Source of the DNA: Candidatus Saccharimonadales bacterium
Lineage (GTDB): Bacteria > Patescibacteriota > Saccharimonadia > Saccharimonadales > EFPC-124
DNA length: 64,000 nt
Reading direction: 5' to 3'
Assembly (NCBI GenBank): GCA_035457485.1
Contig: DATIBO010000006.1
Coordinates: 498,659-562,658, forward strand
In this document: positions 53,731 to 63,800 of the stretch, piece after piece
Layout of the letters: each line of letters begins with the position of its first letter
Position numbering within the stretch: position 1 is the first letter of the stretch
The notes under the pieces: generated by a model
Databases searched by the model: none
What the model saw: only the letters and a program-made list of their open reading frames with translations
Told to the model about the DNA's origin: nothing
Position numbers and translations under genes: made by a program

Positions 53731-54129
53731 ATGCAACTCTTTAGGCATAATTTGCGAGATTTAGATAAGACTTGGGCTAATGATTGGGGCTTTCAGATTA
53801 GCGAAAGCAACGCTATGGATGTTTATGAAGAGAACGGCAATTTAATTGCAGAAGTTAGCTTGCCTAATTTTAGCAAAAACGAGATTAACGTTACGACCGA
53901 CGAAGGTGTTTTAGAGGTTTCGGCTGAGCACAAAGAGCACGAGGAACAAAAAGATAAGCGACGCTATTATCTTCGCGAAAGCAGTAATCAGTATTTTAGG
54001 CGCGTTGCGCTACCTGGCGGCGCAAAAGTCGAAAAGGCAGAGGCTGAATTTAAGAACGGGACGCTAAAGGTAATTGTCCCGATGACCGGTGACGGCAAGA
54101 CCAAAGCAAAAGCGATTAAGGTCAAATAA
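53731..54129 (+). CDS. Hsp20/alpha-crystallin small heat-shock protein
   Basis: Alpha-crystallin domain (DVYEENGNLIAEVSLPNF...AEFKNGTLKVIVPM); SD AAGGAG. Confidence 0.8.
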   Translation: MQLFRHNLRDLDKTWANDWGFQISESNAMDVYEENGNLIAEVSLPNFSKNEINVTTDEGVLEVSAEHKEHEEQKDKRRYYLRESSNQYFRRVALPGGAKVEKAEAEFKNGTLKVIVPMTGDGKTKAKAIKVK

Positions 54130-54145
54130 GGTTTAAGGGGGGCTT

Positions 54146-54829
54146 GTGGATCAACTCGGCCTGGATAATGGTCAGTTTGCAGATCGGCGCGATGCTGGTA
54201 AGAAGCTAGGTAAAGCGCTCGCTCGTTTTAAAGGCCCTGACACGGTGGTGCTTGCATTGCCTCGCGGCGGAGTTGTAATTGGTGTTGAGGTAGCTAAAGA
54301 ACTGCAGGCGCCTTTGGGGCTAGTGCTCGTGCGAAAGATAGGGCATCCGACCTTTTCTGAGTACGCAATTGGGGCCGTGGCCGAAGGGCAAGAGCCGATT
54401 TACAATCAAAGCGAGATAGGATCACTAGATAAAGCGTGGCTAAAACAAGCTGAAACCGCAGCCAAAAGCTTGATAGCAAAGCGCCGCAGTCTTTATTTTG
54501 GCGGTAAGGTACCTGAGCCAGATATCCGGGGTAAGATCGTGGTTATTGTAGACGACGGAGTTGCGACAGGTTTAACAATGGAAGCCGCTATCAAATCGGT
54601 TGTTAGGGCCGGGCCTAACAACGTAGTCATTGCGGTTCCAGTAGCTGCGGCCGAAAGTGTGTCTATGCTCAAACAACTAGCCAACGAGGTGATAATTTTA
54701 GATAATCCTAACAATTTTTTGGGTGCGGTCGGCAGTCATTATCTTGATTTTCCGCAGGTTGATGACAGTGAGGTGCAATCTTTATTGATGGAGGCCTACG
54801 GCTACATTCACCCAGAGGCAAAGCTATGA
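54146..54829 (+). CDS. phosphoribosyltransferase-family protein
   Basis: PRPP-binding loop VVIVDDGVATGLTM; GTG start. Confidence 0.7.
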   Translation: MDQLGLDNGQFADRRDAGKKLGKALARFKGPDTVVLALPRGGVVIGVEVAKELQAPLGLVLVRKIGHPTFSEYAIGAVAEGQEPIYNQSEIGSLDKAWLKQAETAAKSLIAKRRSLYFGGKVPEPDIRGKIVVIVDDGVATGLTMEAAIKSVVRAGPNNVVIAVPVAAAESVSMLKQLANEVIILDNPNNFLGAVGSHYLDFPQVDDSEVQSLLMEAYGYIHPEAKL

Positions 54830-55719
54830 AAATTTTTGCAACCACAGAGTTTCATGAAAGATTCTTAAAGCCACTCTCTCGGGTGGATCCCAAAATAGAA
54901 ATCGGCGAAGCAAAGGCAGAGCGCTACAAAAATGGTGAGCTGCATGTTTTGATAGCTTCAAACGTGTCCGATGAAAACTGTATTATCGTTGGATCGGCTG
55001 CCCCGCCCGACGAACAGCTAATTAGGCTATGCATGTTTGCTAACGCCCTAAAAAATAGCGGCGCTAAAACAGTGTGCGCGTTTTTGCCCTACCTTGGCTA
55101 CGGTCGGCAAGACAAACCTAAGCCCAACGAAGCTCATGGGGTAGAGCTAATAGGCGCGATGCTCAAATTGGCTGGTATAGATAAAATCGTCACTTTCGAT
55201 GTTCACAGCAAACTCGACGAATCTCTAATTGGCCTACCTTTAGTCTCGCTTTCATCTGCCCAGATTTTTGTTGACGAGATTAAAGAGTTCGGTTGGGATG
55301 AATTTGTGGTAGTGGCGCCAGACGAGGGTGCGATCGAACGGGCTAAATCGTTTGCTGGCTTGATGAGCGCGCCAGTAGTTCATTTTGTAAAAAAGCGTTT
55401 TGACGGAGTCTCGCAGCTGGAACTCGTTGGAAATGCTTTGCCAAGAGCAGTTATAGTTGACGACATAATCGACACGGGTAGCACCTTGGTGTCTGCTTGC
55501 GATGCGCTGAGAGCAAAGGGTGTTAGCGAAATACTAGTAGTTGCCACGCACGGATTATTTAGCAGCAAAATATGGGAGCAGGCTTTTGTCACTGGCGTGG
55601 TCAAAATTGTTACGAGCGACAGTACGCCTCAAGCTGTTGCTCAAAGGCATGAACAGGTCAAAATTACGTCTTTAGCTCCTGTGGTAAGCGGCGTAATTAA
55701 AGAGGTAGGTAGACTATGA
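54826..55719 (+). CDS. prs: ribose-phosphate pyrophosphokinase-like protein
   Basis: GYGRQDK and VIVDDIIDTGSTL motifs; overlaps both neighbours by 4 nt. Confidence 0.7.
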   Translation: MKIFATTEFHERFLKPLSRVDPKIEIGEAKAERYKNGELHVLIASNVSDENCIIVGSAAPPDEQLIRLCMFANALKNSGAKTVCAFLPYLGYGRQDKPKPNEAHGVELIGAMLKLAGIDKIVTFDVHSKLDESLIGLPLVSLSSAQIFVDEIKEFGWDEFVVVAPDEGAIERAKSFAGLMSAPVVHFVKKRFDGVSQLELVGNALPRAVIVDDIIDTGSTLVSACDALRAKGVSEILVVATHGLFSSKIWEQAFVTGVVKIVTSDSTPQAVAQRHEQVKITSLAPVVSGVIKEVGRL

Positions 55720-55976
55720 TCGTACGAATTCCCGCCAATGGTTTAGAGGTGGAGGGTGAGTTGATTATCCCAAAAAACGCAAACGGCCTGGTAATTTTTG
55801 CGCACGGCAGCGGCAGTAGCAGGCACAGCCCGCGTAATATGCTTGTAGCTCAAGAGTTGCGTCAAAACAATCTGGGGACTCTTTTGGTGGACTTACTCTC
55901 GGTGGATGAAGATAGTGACTATCAAAATCGATTTAATATTGCGCTTTTAGCTGAACGACGAACAGTCTGTAGCTAG
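55716..55976 (+). pseudogene. truncated alpha/beta (dienelactone) hydrolase-like ORF (86 aa)
   Basis: Only the N-terminal part of the fold is present (VIFAHGSGSSRHSPRN). The frame ends inside the clpP operator/promoter. Confidence 0.4.
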
Positions 55977-55999
55977 CACTCTTGACCCTCGACTGCCAA
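55973..55999 (+). promoter_or_regulatory. degenerate CIRCE-like element CTAGCACTC-N9-GACTGCCAA upstream of clpP
   Basis: The left half is identical to the clpC element and the right half matches at 6/9. The geometry relative to the -35/-10 boxes is identical. Confidence 0.35.
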
Positions 56000-56010
56000 C
56001 TTTGTATAGT
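55982..56010 (+). promoter_or_regulatory. clpP promoter TTGACC-17-TATAGT (leaderless transcript)
   Basis: The -10 box ends 6 nt before ATG 56017, with no SD. Confidence 0.45.
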
Positions 56011-56016
56011 TAAAGC

Positions 56017-56610
56017 ATGAACTCTCAAAGCTACCTCGTTCCAACAGTAATAGAGCAAACTCACATGGGTGAGCGCGCTTACGACATTTATAGCCGCCTT
56101 CTTAAAGAGCGCATCATCTTTTTAGGTGACGAAGTTAACGAGCATACAGCCAATCTGGTTATTGCCCAGCTACTACATCTAGCTTACGAGGACCCTAAAA
56201 AGGACATTTACCTATACATCAACAGCCCAGGTGGATCGGTTAGTGACGGCCTAGGGATTTACGACACTATGCAGTTTATTAAACCCGATGTTCAGACCAT
56301 TGGCATTGGAATGCAAGCAAGTATGGGTGCGTTTTTATTGAGCAGCGGCACAAAAGGTAAGCGATTTATGCTACCGCATGCGCGTGCCATGATTCACCAG
56401 CCTCGAGGTGGAACACAAGGTGTTATGACAGACATGGAAATCAGTTTACGTGAAGGTTTACGAACTAAAGAGTTGCTCGCGACTATTATTGCTAAAAACA
56501 CGGGTCAAAAACTTGCAAAAGTTAAAGATGACATGGAACGTGATCTGTGGATGACCGCAACAGAGGCTGTTAAGTACGGATTAGTTGACGGGATTTTAGA
56601 TAAGGCCTAG
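56017..56610 (+). CDS. clpP: ATP-dependent Clp protease proteolytic subunit
   Basis: The Ser-His-Asp triad context ([16 protein letters not shown]) and the full length are conserved. Confidence 0.9.
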   Translation: MNSQSYLVPTVIEQTHMGERAYDIYSRLLKERIIFLGDEVNEHTANLVIAQLLHLAYEDPKKDIYLYINSPGGSVSDGLGIYDTMQFIKPDVQTIGIGMQASMGAFLLSSGTKGKRFMLPHARAMIHQPRGGTQGVMTDMEISLREGLRTKELLATIIAKNTGQKLAKVKDDMERDLWMTATEAVKYGLVDGILDKA

Positions 56611-56616
56611 GCGCTT

Positions 56617-56644
56617 GGGGCACAGCGATCTCTCGCCATGCCCC
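56617..56644 (-). terminator. imperfect hairpin after the cassette 7 ORF
   Basis: GGGGCA...TGCCCC outer stem with an inner GCGA/TCGC stem. Confidence 0.3.
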
Positions 56645-56648
56645 GTCA

Positions 56649-57161
56649 TCAGCGCAGGAGGGTGGTGTCGTCAGGTACGACGAACGGTTGTGGGTTTAGC
56701 AGAATGATTCTGCCGACAGTCAGGGTGTTGCGGCTGAGCTCACCCTTGAGTTGGTCGTCCAGCTGGAATAGCTTGGTTAAGCGTTCAGCCTCTGTGCCGT
56801 GAGTGGATGAAGCTTGTCGGTGGCCGGAGTTGAATATTCTCCACGACGTATTCATTTGTTCACGCCACAGTTGTTGAATTCTGTGGACTCTGGGTCCGTC
56901 GAACACTGGCTGGTCTTCCAGATCCCTTACTTCTAGCAGCGCATCTTTATATGTTTTACTTTGCGCTACGGTCAGAACGCGGAAGTAGGCCGACCTAACC
57001 CTGTGAACTTTCGGCCAGCTCAGTCTTGCGTCGGCTACGTCAAGGTCGGCTAGGATTCGGGCCAGCTCCAGGATCGAGTTGCGCATCGCGGCTCGATAGT
57101 ATGGAAAATCAGCCAAAGCCGGCATTCCATTCCAGGCCGCTAGTAATTGCTTGCTTCTCAC
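56649..57161 (-). CDS. hypothetical helical protein (170 aa)
   Basis: (M)RSKQLLAAWNGMPALADFPYYRAAMRNSILELARILADL.... GTG 57161 lies 8 nt after AGGAGG; track start 57170 lies inside the SD. No family recognised. Confidence 0.5.
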   Translation of the reverse strand: MRSKQLLAAWNGMPALADFPYYRAAMRNSILELARILADLDVADARLSWPKVHRVRSAYFRVLTVAQSKTYKDALLEVRDLEDQPVFDGPRVHRIQQLWREQMNTSWRIFNSGHRQASSTHGTEAERLTKLFQLDDQLKGELSRNTLTVGRIILLNPQPFVVPDDTTLLR

Positions 57162-57221
57162 GCTAATCACCTCCTAAATGCGTGATGTGACGACATATTA
57201 CCACAAAATACCCAAAAACCC

Positions 57222-57250
57222 TTGACATTACCTGTGGATTTATTCACAAT
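57222..57250 (+). promoter_or_regulatory. candidate rpoB promoter TTGACA-17-CACAAT
   Basis: A consensus -35 box at 57222-57227, a 17-nt spacer, and about 135 nt of leader before ATG 57387. Confidence 0.35.
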
Positions 57251-57386
57251 ACATGATAAGAAGTAGAGTAAGGTAGGTGTATTATAACTGTTTGCTAGTT
57301 GGCAGCTGGTTTACAGTTTTTACTTACGCTTAGAAGATCTTCGGGCGCCAAGATCATAAAACTAATTATAGGGGCATAACTTACGC

Positions 57387-60300
57387 ATGAGTAAAACTGC
57401 GACCACGAAGCCGGCAGATTTAAAGAATGCGCGTGTTTTCTTTACACAAGATGACACCGCTTTGCCGATGCCGAATTTAATCGGCCACCAGATCAGTAGC
57501 TTTAAATGGTTTGTTGAGGAGGGCTTGAGTGAAATCTTTGCCGAAATCAACCCGATCGAAGATTACACAGGTCAAAAACTTGAACTAAGATTTAAAGATT
57601 ATCACTTTGCTGACCCAAAGATGAGTGAAATCGAAGCGCGCGAAAACAACGTGACTTTTGAAGCTCCTTTGCGTGCAAAAGTTGAACTTACCAACAAGGT
57701 AACGGGTGAAGTTAAAGAGCAAGAAATCTACTTAGGCGACTACCCTTGGATGACCGAACGCGGCACTTTTGTTATTAACGGCGCAGAGCGTGTTGTTGTT
57801 AGCCAGCTTATTCGCTCGGCCGGCGTGTTCTTTACTGCCGACAAGAGTGGTGGACGGGGACTTTACGGTGCTAAAGTTATTCCTGGTCGTGGTGCTTGGC
57901 TTGAGTTTGAAACCGCATCAAATGGCACTTTATATGTAAAAATCGACCGTCGTCGTAAAATTCCGGTAACAACTTTGTTGCGCGCCCTTGCTTACCCAAC
58001 GAATGCTGCAATCAAAGAATTGTTCGCAGATGTTGACACTGGCGATGTAAAACACATTGACATCACTCTAGACAAAGACCCGGCAAAATCAACTAACGAA
58101 GCTATGATCGAAGTTTACCGTCGCTTGCGCCCAGGCGATTTGGCAACCGTAGACAATGCTCGTGAGCTAATCCAGCGCATGTTCTTTGACTTTAAGCGTT
58201 TTGACTTTAGCCGCGTTGGCCGCTACAAGCTTAACCAGCGCCTTGGTGTTGATGTGCCTAACACAGCCGAAAACCGTGTTATGCGAATCGAAGATCTAGT
58301 TGCGATCATCCGCGAGATCATTCGCTTAAACAACACGCAAGAACCAGCCGATGACATTGACGCATTAAGCAACCGCCGTGTAAAAATGGTCGGTGAACTT
58401 GTTCAGCGCCAGTTCCGTATCGGTCTACTACGCATGGAGCGCAACGCCCGCGACCGTATGAGCATGAGCGATATCGAGACTGTAACTCCTAACCAGCTTA
58501 TCAACGCTCGCCCGATCGTTGCTGCGGTGCGTGAGTTCTTTGCTAGCTCTCAGCTTAGCCAGTTCATGGATCAAACCAACCCGCTTAGCGAACTTGCTCA
58601 CAAGCGCCGCCTAAGTTCGATGGGCCCAGGTGGTTTAAGCCGAGAACGCGCAGGCTTTGATGTTCGTGACGCCCACGCAACTCACTACGGACGCCTTTGT
58701 GTAGTTGAGACTCCAGAAGGTACGAACATTGGTTTGGTGCTTAACCTCGCTAGCTATGCTCGCGTGAACGAATATGGCTTTTTGGAAGCACCATATGTTC
58801 GCGTTAAAAACGGTAAAGTTACCGACGAAGTTGTATACCTTGGTGCAGACGCCGAAGCTCGCGAGATTATCGCCGAGGCCGGTAACGAAATCGACGCAAG
58901 TGGTAAATTTAAAAACGCTCGTGTGTCTGCACGTGTAAACTTGCAGGCTGGTGAAATCGACGCAAGCGAAGTTACATTTATTGACGCCGCTCGTAAGGAA
59001 ATTCTAGGAAGTACTGCTTCGTTGATCCCTTTTATCGAGAAAAACCGCGTCGACCGATCTTTGACTGGTTCGAACATGCAGAAGCAGGCTGTGCCTCTTA
59101 TTAACCCTAAATCTCCAATTGTCGGAACCGGTGTTGAGCGTGCAATCGCGCTAAACAGTGGTCAGCTAGTTATTGCTGAAGCCGATGGTGAAGTGGTAAA
59201 AGCCGATGGTGATGAAGTTCAGGTTAAATACAAAGATGGCGTAAAGTCTTATGTTCCTCAGCACTTTAAACGAAGTAACGATGGCGAGTGTATTGACCAG
59301 CGTGTTGTAGTGAACCGTGGTCAAAAAGTTAAGGCTGGCGATTCTTTGATCGAAGGTATGAGTATGGCAGACGGCGAACTTGCTGTTGGCCGTGACCTTA
59401 TGGTTGCGTTCATGCCTTGGGGTGGTTACAACATGGACGACTCAATCGTATTGAGTCAACGTATTGTAAAAGACGACGAATTAACAAGTATTCACATTAC
59501 TGACTACATGGTAGAAGTGCGTGAAACTAAGCTTGGCCCAGAAATCGTAACTCGCGACATTCCAAACGTATCAGAGGAAACTCTTCGCCACCTGGACGAA
59601 AACGGTATCGTACGCATTGGCGCCGAAGTTCGTGCTGGCGACATTTTGGTTGGTAAAATTACTCCAAAAGGTGAGCAAGAACTATCTAGCGAAGAACGCT
59701 TGCTACGCGCTATCTTTGGTGAAAAAGCTAAAGATGTTCGCGACACTTCGCAGCGTATGAACAATGGTAAACACGGTAAAGTTGTTGGTGTTAAGGTGTT
59801 TAGCCGCGAAAACGGCCACGAACTAAAAGCTGGCGTTTTGATGCAAATCCAGATCTTTGTTGCTCAAATGCGCAAGATTGCAGTTGGTGACAAATTGGCT
59901 GGACGTCACGGTAACAAAGGTGTAGTTGCTCGAGTATTGCCAGTTGAGGACATGCCTTTCATGGCCGACGGTACTCCTGTTGACGTAATTTTGAACCCAC
60001 TGGGTGTGCCTAGCCGTATGAACATTGGTCAGTTGTTTGAGACTCACCTTGGTATGGCTGCTCGTGCACTTGGCTATAAAGTTGCAACTCCGCCATTTAA
60101 CGGTGTTAGCCAAGAAACTATTGTTGGTGAGCTTAAAAAAGCTGGCTTCCCAGAAGATGGTAAAGTTGAGTTGTTTGATGGCCGAACTGGTGAAATGTTC
60201 AAAGAAAAAGTTGCCGTTGGTAACATGTACATGATGAAACTGCACCACATGGTTGCTGACAAGATCCACGCGCGCTCAATTGGGCCATACACAATGGTCA

Positions 60301-60803
60301 CCCAGCAGCCGCTTGGTGGTAAGGCGCAAAACGGTGGTCAGCGGTTTGGTGAGATGGAGGTGTGGGCACTTGAAGCTTACGGTGCCGCAGCAACTCTACA
60401 AGAAATGCTAACTATTAAGTCTGACGACGTTTACGGACGCGCGAAGGCTTATGAAGCAATCATTAAAAAAGAACCGATTCTTGGTCCAAAAGTTCCAGAA
60501 AGCTTTAATGTGTTAGTAAAAGAACTTCAAGGCTTGAACCTAAGGGTTGACCTAGTAAAAGGTGAAAATCATGTGGTTGATGCCGAGGAGGTTCTGGAGA
60601 CTAGTATTGAAGGCGAAGCAGCTGCAATGCCAACTGTAGAAGTTGCAGGCGAGCCACTCGATGTGACTGTTGCTGACGAAGTAGATGAATTTGGTGAAAT
60701 CGACCTTGGCGACGGAATGTCCGTACGAGACACTGATGACATAAACGAAGATGACATTGCTGCAGCCGCAGCCAATGAAGATGACGAAAAGGAGGTCAAA
60801 TAA
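57387..60803 (+). CDS. rpoB: DNA-directed RNA polymerase subunit beta
   Basis: 1138 aa with conserved beta motifs ([28 protein letters not shown]) and an acidic C-terminal tail. Confidence 0.95.
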   Translation: MSKTATTKPADLKNARVFFTQDDTALPMPNLIGHQISSFKWFVEEGLSEIFAEINPIEDYTGQKLELRFKDYHFADPKMSEIEARENNVTFEAPLRAKVELTNKVTGEVKEQEIYLGDYPWMTERGTFVINGAERVVVSQLIRSAGVFFTADKSGGRGLYGAKVIPGRGAWLEFETASNGTLYVKIDRRRKIPVTTLLRALAYPTNAAIKELFADVDTGDVKHIDITLDKDPAKSTNEAMIEVYRRLRPGDLATVDNARELIQRMFFDFKRFDFSRVGRYKLNQRLGVDVPNTAENRVMRIEDLVAIIREIIRLNNTQEPADDIDALSNRRVKMVGELVQRQFRIGLLRMERNARDRMSMSDIETVTPNQLINARPIVAAVREFFASSQLSQFMDQTNPLSELAHKRRLSSMGPGGLSRERAGFDVRDAHATHYGRLCVVETPEGTNIGLVLNLASYARVNEYGFLEAPYVRVKNGKVTDEVVYLGADAEAREIIAEAGNEIDASGKFKNARVSARVNLQAGEIDASEVTFIDAARKEILGSTASLIPFIEKNRVDRSLTGSNMQKQAVPLINPKSPIVGTGVERAIALNSGQLVIAEADGEVVKADGDEVQVKYKDGVKSYVPQHFKRSNDGECIDQRVVVNRGQKVKAGDSLIEGMSMADGELAVGRDLMVAFMPWGGYNMDDSIVLSQRIVKDDELTSIHITDYMVEVRETKLGPEIVTRDIPNVSEETLRHLDENGIVRIGAEVRAGDILVGKITPKGEQELSSEERLLRAIFGEKAKDVRDTSQRMNNGKHGKVVGVKVFSRENGHELKAGVLMQIQIFVAQMRKIAVGDKLAGRHGNKGVVARVLPVEDMPFMADGTPVDVILNPLGVPSRMNIGQLFETHLGMAARALGYKVATPPFNGVSQETIVGELKKAGFPEDGKVELFDGRTGEMFKEKVAVGNMYMMKLHHMVADKIHARSIGPYTMVTQQPLGGKAQNGGQRFGEMEVWALEAYGAAATLQEMLTIKSDDVYGRAKAYEAIIKKEPILGPKVPESFNVLVKELQGLNLRVDLVKGENHVVDAEEVLETSIEGEAAAMPTVEVAGEPLDVTVADEVDEFGEIDLGDGMSVRDTDDINEDDIAAAAANEDDEKEVK

Positions 60804-63800
60804 TGAGCGGTATCTCTAGTGGTACAAGTATTGCTGACTTTGACGCAGTGCGATTAGCCGTGGCATCTCATGAAGACATTCTTGATTGGTCCTACGGTGA
60901 AGTATTAAAACCCGAAACAATTAACTACCGAACACAAAAACCAGAACGCGACGGTTTGTTCTGTGAGCGTATTTTCGGGCCAGTAAAAGACATCAATCCG
61001 CACGACGCAAAATACAAAGGTGTTCGCAGTCGCGAAGCTGCTGTTGACAAGCGCGGTGAGTTGGTTACGAAAAGCATTGTTCGGCGCGAACGAATGGGCC
61101 ACATTAGTCTTGCTGCTCCTGTTGGTCACATCTGGTTTATGCGTGGGACTCCAAGTGCGATGAGTTTGTTGCTTGGAATTACTGTTCGTAATATCGAGCG
61201 CGTTGCTTACTTTGCTAGCTACATTGTTAAAAATGTAGAGACCGAAAAGCGCGATCAGTTCTTGGCCGATGCAGAAGCTGAATATGAAGCAGCAAAGTCT
61301 GCGATCAAAATCCGCTTTGAAAAAGCTGCCGAAGAGGAAGGTGCAAACGTTAAAGAACTTGCAACCGCTCAAAGCAAAGAGCTTGACGAAGTAACTGAAG
61401 GATATCTGCTCAAAAAATCTCAGCTTGAAAGCATGCAGAAAACTCAGCTAATGAGTGAGACCGACTACCGAAACTTGCCAGAAGAATATCGCGAGATCAT
61501 TAAGGTTGGCATGGGTGGAACGGCTCTTCGTGACCTGCTAGAGCAAATTGATCTCGAGCAACTTGTTAATGAGCTAACTACCGAAGCCGCCGAAGCTAAG
61601 GGTCAGCGCAAAAAGAAAGTTCTAAAACGGCTTAAAGTGCTAGAGGGTATGTTGCGCGCGGGAATTAAGCCTGCCAGCATGTGTATTACTGCCTTGCCTG
61701 TTATTCCGCCGGATCTTCGCCCAATGGTTCAGCTTACTGGTGGTCGTTTTGCGACTAGCGACTTAAACGACTTGTATCGACGTGTTATTAACCGTAACAA
61801 TCGTCTTAAAAAGTTAATCGACCTAAACGCTCCAGAAGTAATTCGCCGAAACGAGATGCGCATGTTGCAAGAAGCGGTTGACGCTTTGATCGACAACAGT
61901 GCTGCTCGTAGCGGTCGTGCTGTAAGCGCAACTGGTGGCCGACGTCGCCTTAAATCTTTGAGCGATATGCTTAAGGGTAAACAAGGTCGTTTCCGTCAGA
62001 ACCTTTTAGGTAAACGTGTGGACTACTCTGGTCGTTCAGTAATCGTTGCTGGTCCGGAGCTAAAGATTCACCAGTGTGGTTTGCCAAAACTAATGGCTTT
62101 GGAATTGTTCAAACCATTCGTAATTGCCGACCTACTCGCAAACGAACATGCTCACAACATCAAGAGCGCAACTCGTTTGATTGAATCTGGAGACAGTCTT
62201 GTTTGGGACGCTTTGGACGAAGTGATTAAGGGTAAGTACGTACTTCTTAACCGTGCACCGTCATTGCACCGTTTGTCGATCCAGGCTTTCCAACCTAAGT
62301 TGATCGAAGGTAAAGCAATTCAGCTTCACCCGTTAGTAACTAAAGGTTTCAACGCCGACTTCGATGGTGACCAGATGGCAGTTCACTTGCCGCTTAGCGA
62401 CGAGGCTCAAGCCGAAGCTGGACGCTTGATGAGTGCAACCAACAACTTGTTAAAACCAGCTGATGGTACTCCAATTTTGAACATTAGCCAGGACATTGTT
62501 TTGGGTTGTTACTATTTGACGTACCCTAAACCAGATGCGCAAATTAAGCAGGCTAAGCGTTTTGCTAGTGTAAACGAAGCAATTGCAGCTTACGACCAAG
62601 GTTTGATTAAACTTCAAACTCCAATCGTGGTATTTGCTAAGGGCGCTGAACGCGAAACTACTTTGGGCCGCGTGTACTTCAACGAAGTGCTGCCAGCCGA
62701 CCTACCATACGTAGAAGAAGTAATCGGCAAAAAACCGCTAAGCAAAGTTTTAGCTAAAATCTTTGACCTTTACGGACAAGAAACTACAGCCGAAGTTGCC
62801 GACGCAATCAAAGACTTGGCTCTTGAGTTCGCGACAATCTCTGCCGTTTCTACCGGTATGACTGACTACTTTGATGTTGAAGAGCTTGATGGAATCATCG
62901 GCGAAGGCGACGAAAAGACAGCGCAGATCTCACAACAATACGAACAAGGTTTAATTACCGATGAAGAGCGATATAGCTTAACGGTTGCCGCATGGCGCGC
63001 AATCGACAAAAAAATCACCGACTTGTTGCAGACCATTTTGGTTGGCCAAGACACTAGCGTGAGCGTGATGGTGAACTCTGGTGCGCGTGGCGACCTTTCT
63101 AACGTTAAACTTGCGACCGCAATGATCGGTATCATGGTGGACGCGAGCGGTAAAGAAATCGAACTTCCGATTCGAAGCAGCTACAAAAAAGGCTTGAGCC
63201 CACTTGAGGCTTTCGTGGCTACTCGTGGTGCGCGTAAAGGTTTGATCGACACGGCGCTTCGTACTGCCGACTCAGGTTACTTGACTCGTCGTTTGGTGGA
63301 TGTTAGCCAGGATATCTTCACAGTAGAAGATGAGCTTGAAGATCCAGGATTCGAGATCTTCCGAGCGGAATCTGAAGAAACCATGATTGCGTTTACGGAT
63401 CGCCTATACGGACGCTATGCAGCCGAAGATGTAAAAGGTCACGTGGCTAAAGGTGACTTGATTAGCCGTGACATTGCAAACGCGATTGACGCTGACGAAA
63501 AAGTTACATCTGTTCGTATCATGAGTATCTTGAGCTGTCCTACGCTTCGTGGTGTGGCGCGCAAGAGCTATGGTATCGACATGGCAACGAACTTGCTGGT
63601 AGATACTCACCAACCTGTTGGTGTAATCGCTGCGCAATCTGTAGGTGAGCCTGGTACGCAGTTGACTCTAAAAACCTTCCACGCTGGTGGTGTGGCTGGT
63701 GGAGACATCACTCAGGGTCTACCGCGCGTAGACGAGTTGTTTGAAGCTCGTTCACCTAAGGGTCAGGCTTTCTTGAGTGAAATTCCTGGTACGGCCGAAG

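Larger units (their letters stand above)
56611..57180 (-). other. GC-elevated foreign-looking cassette 7
   Basis: Lines 56701 and 57061 have 34/60 G+C versus 26/60 in the clpP line 56281. SD AGGAGGTG, a GTG start and an imperfect hairpin at 56617-56644. The composition shift is weaker than in the other cassettes. Confidence 0.5.
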
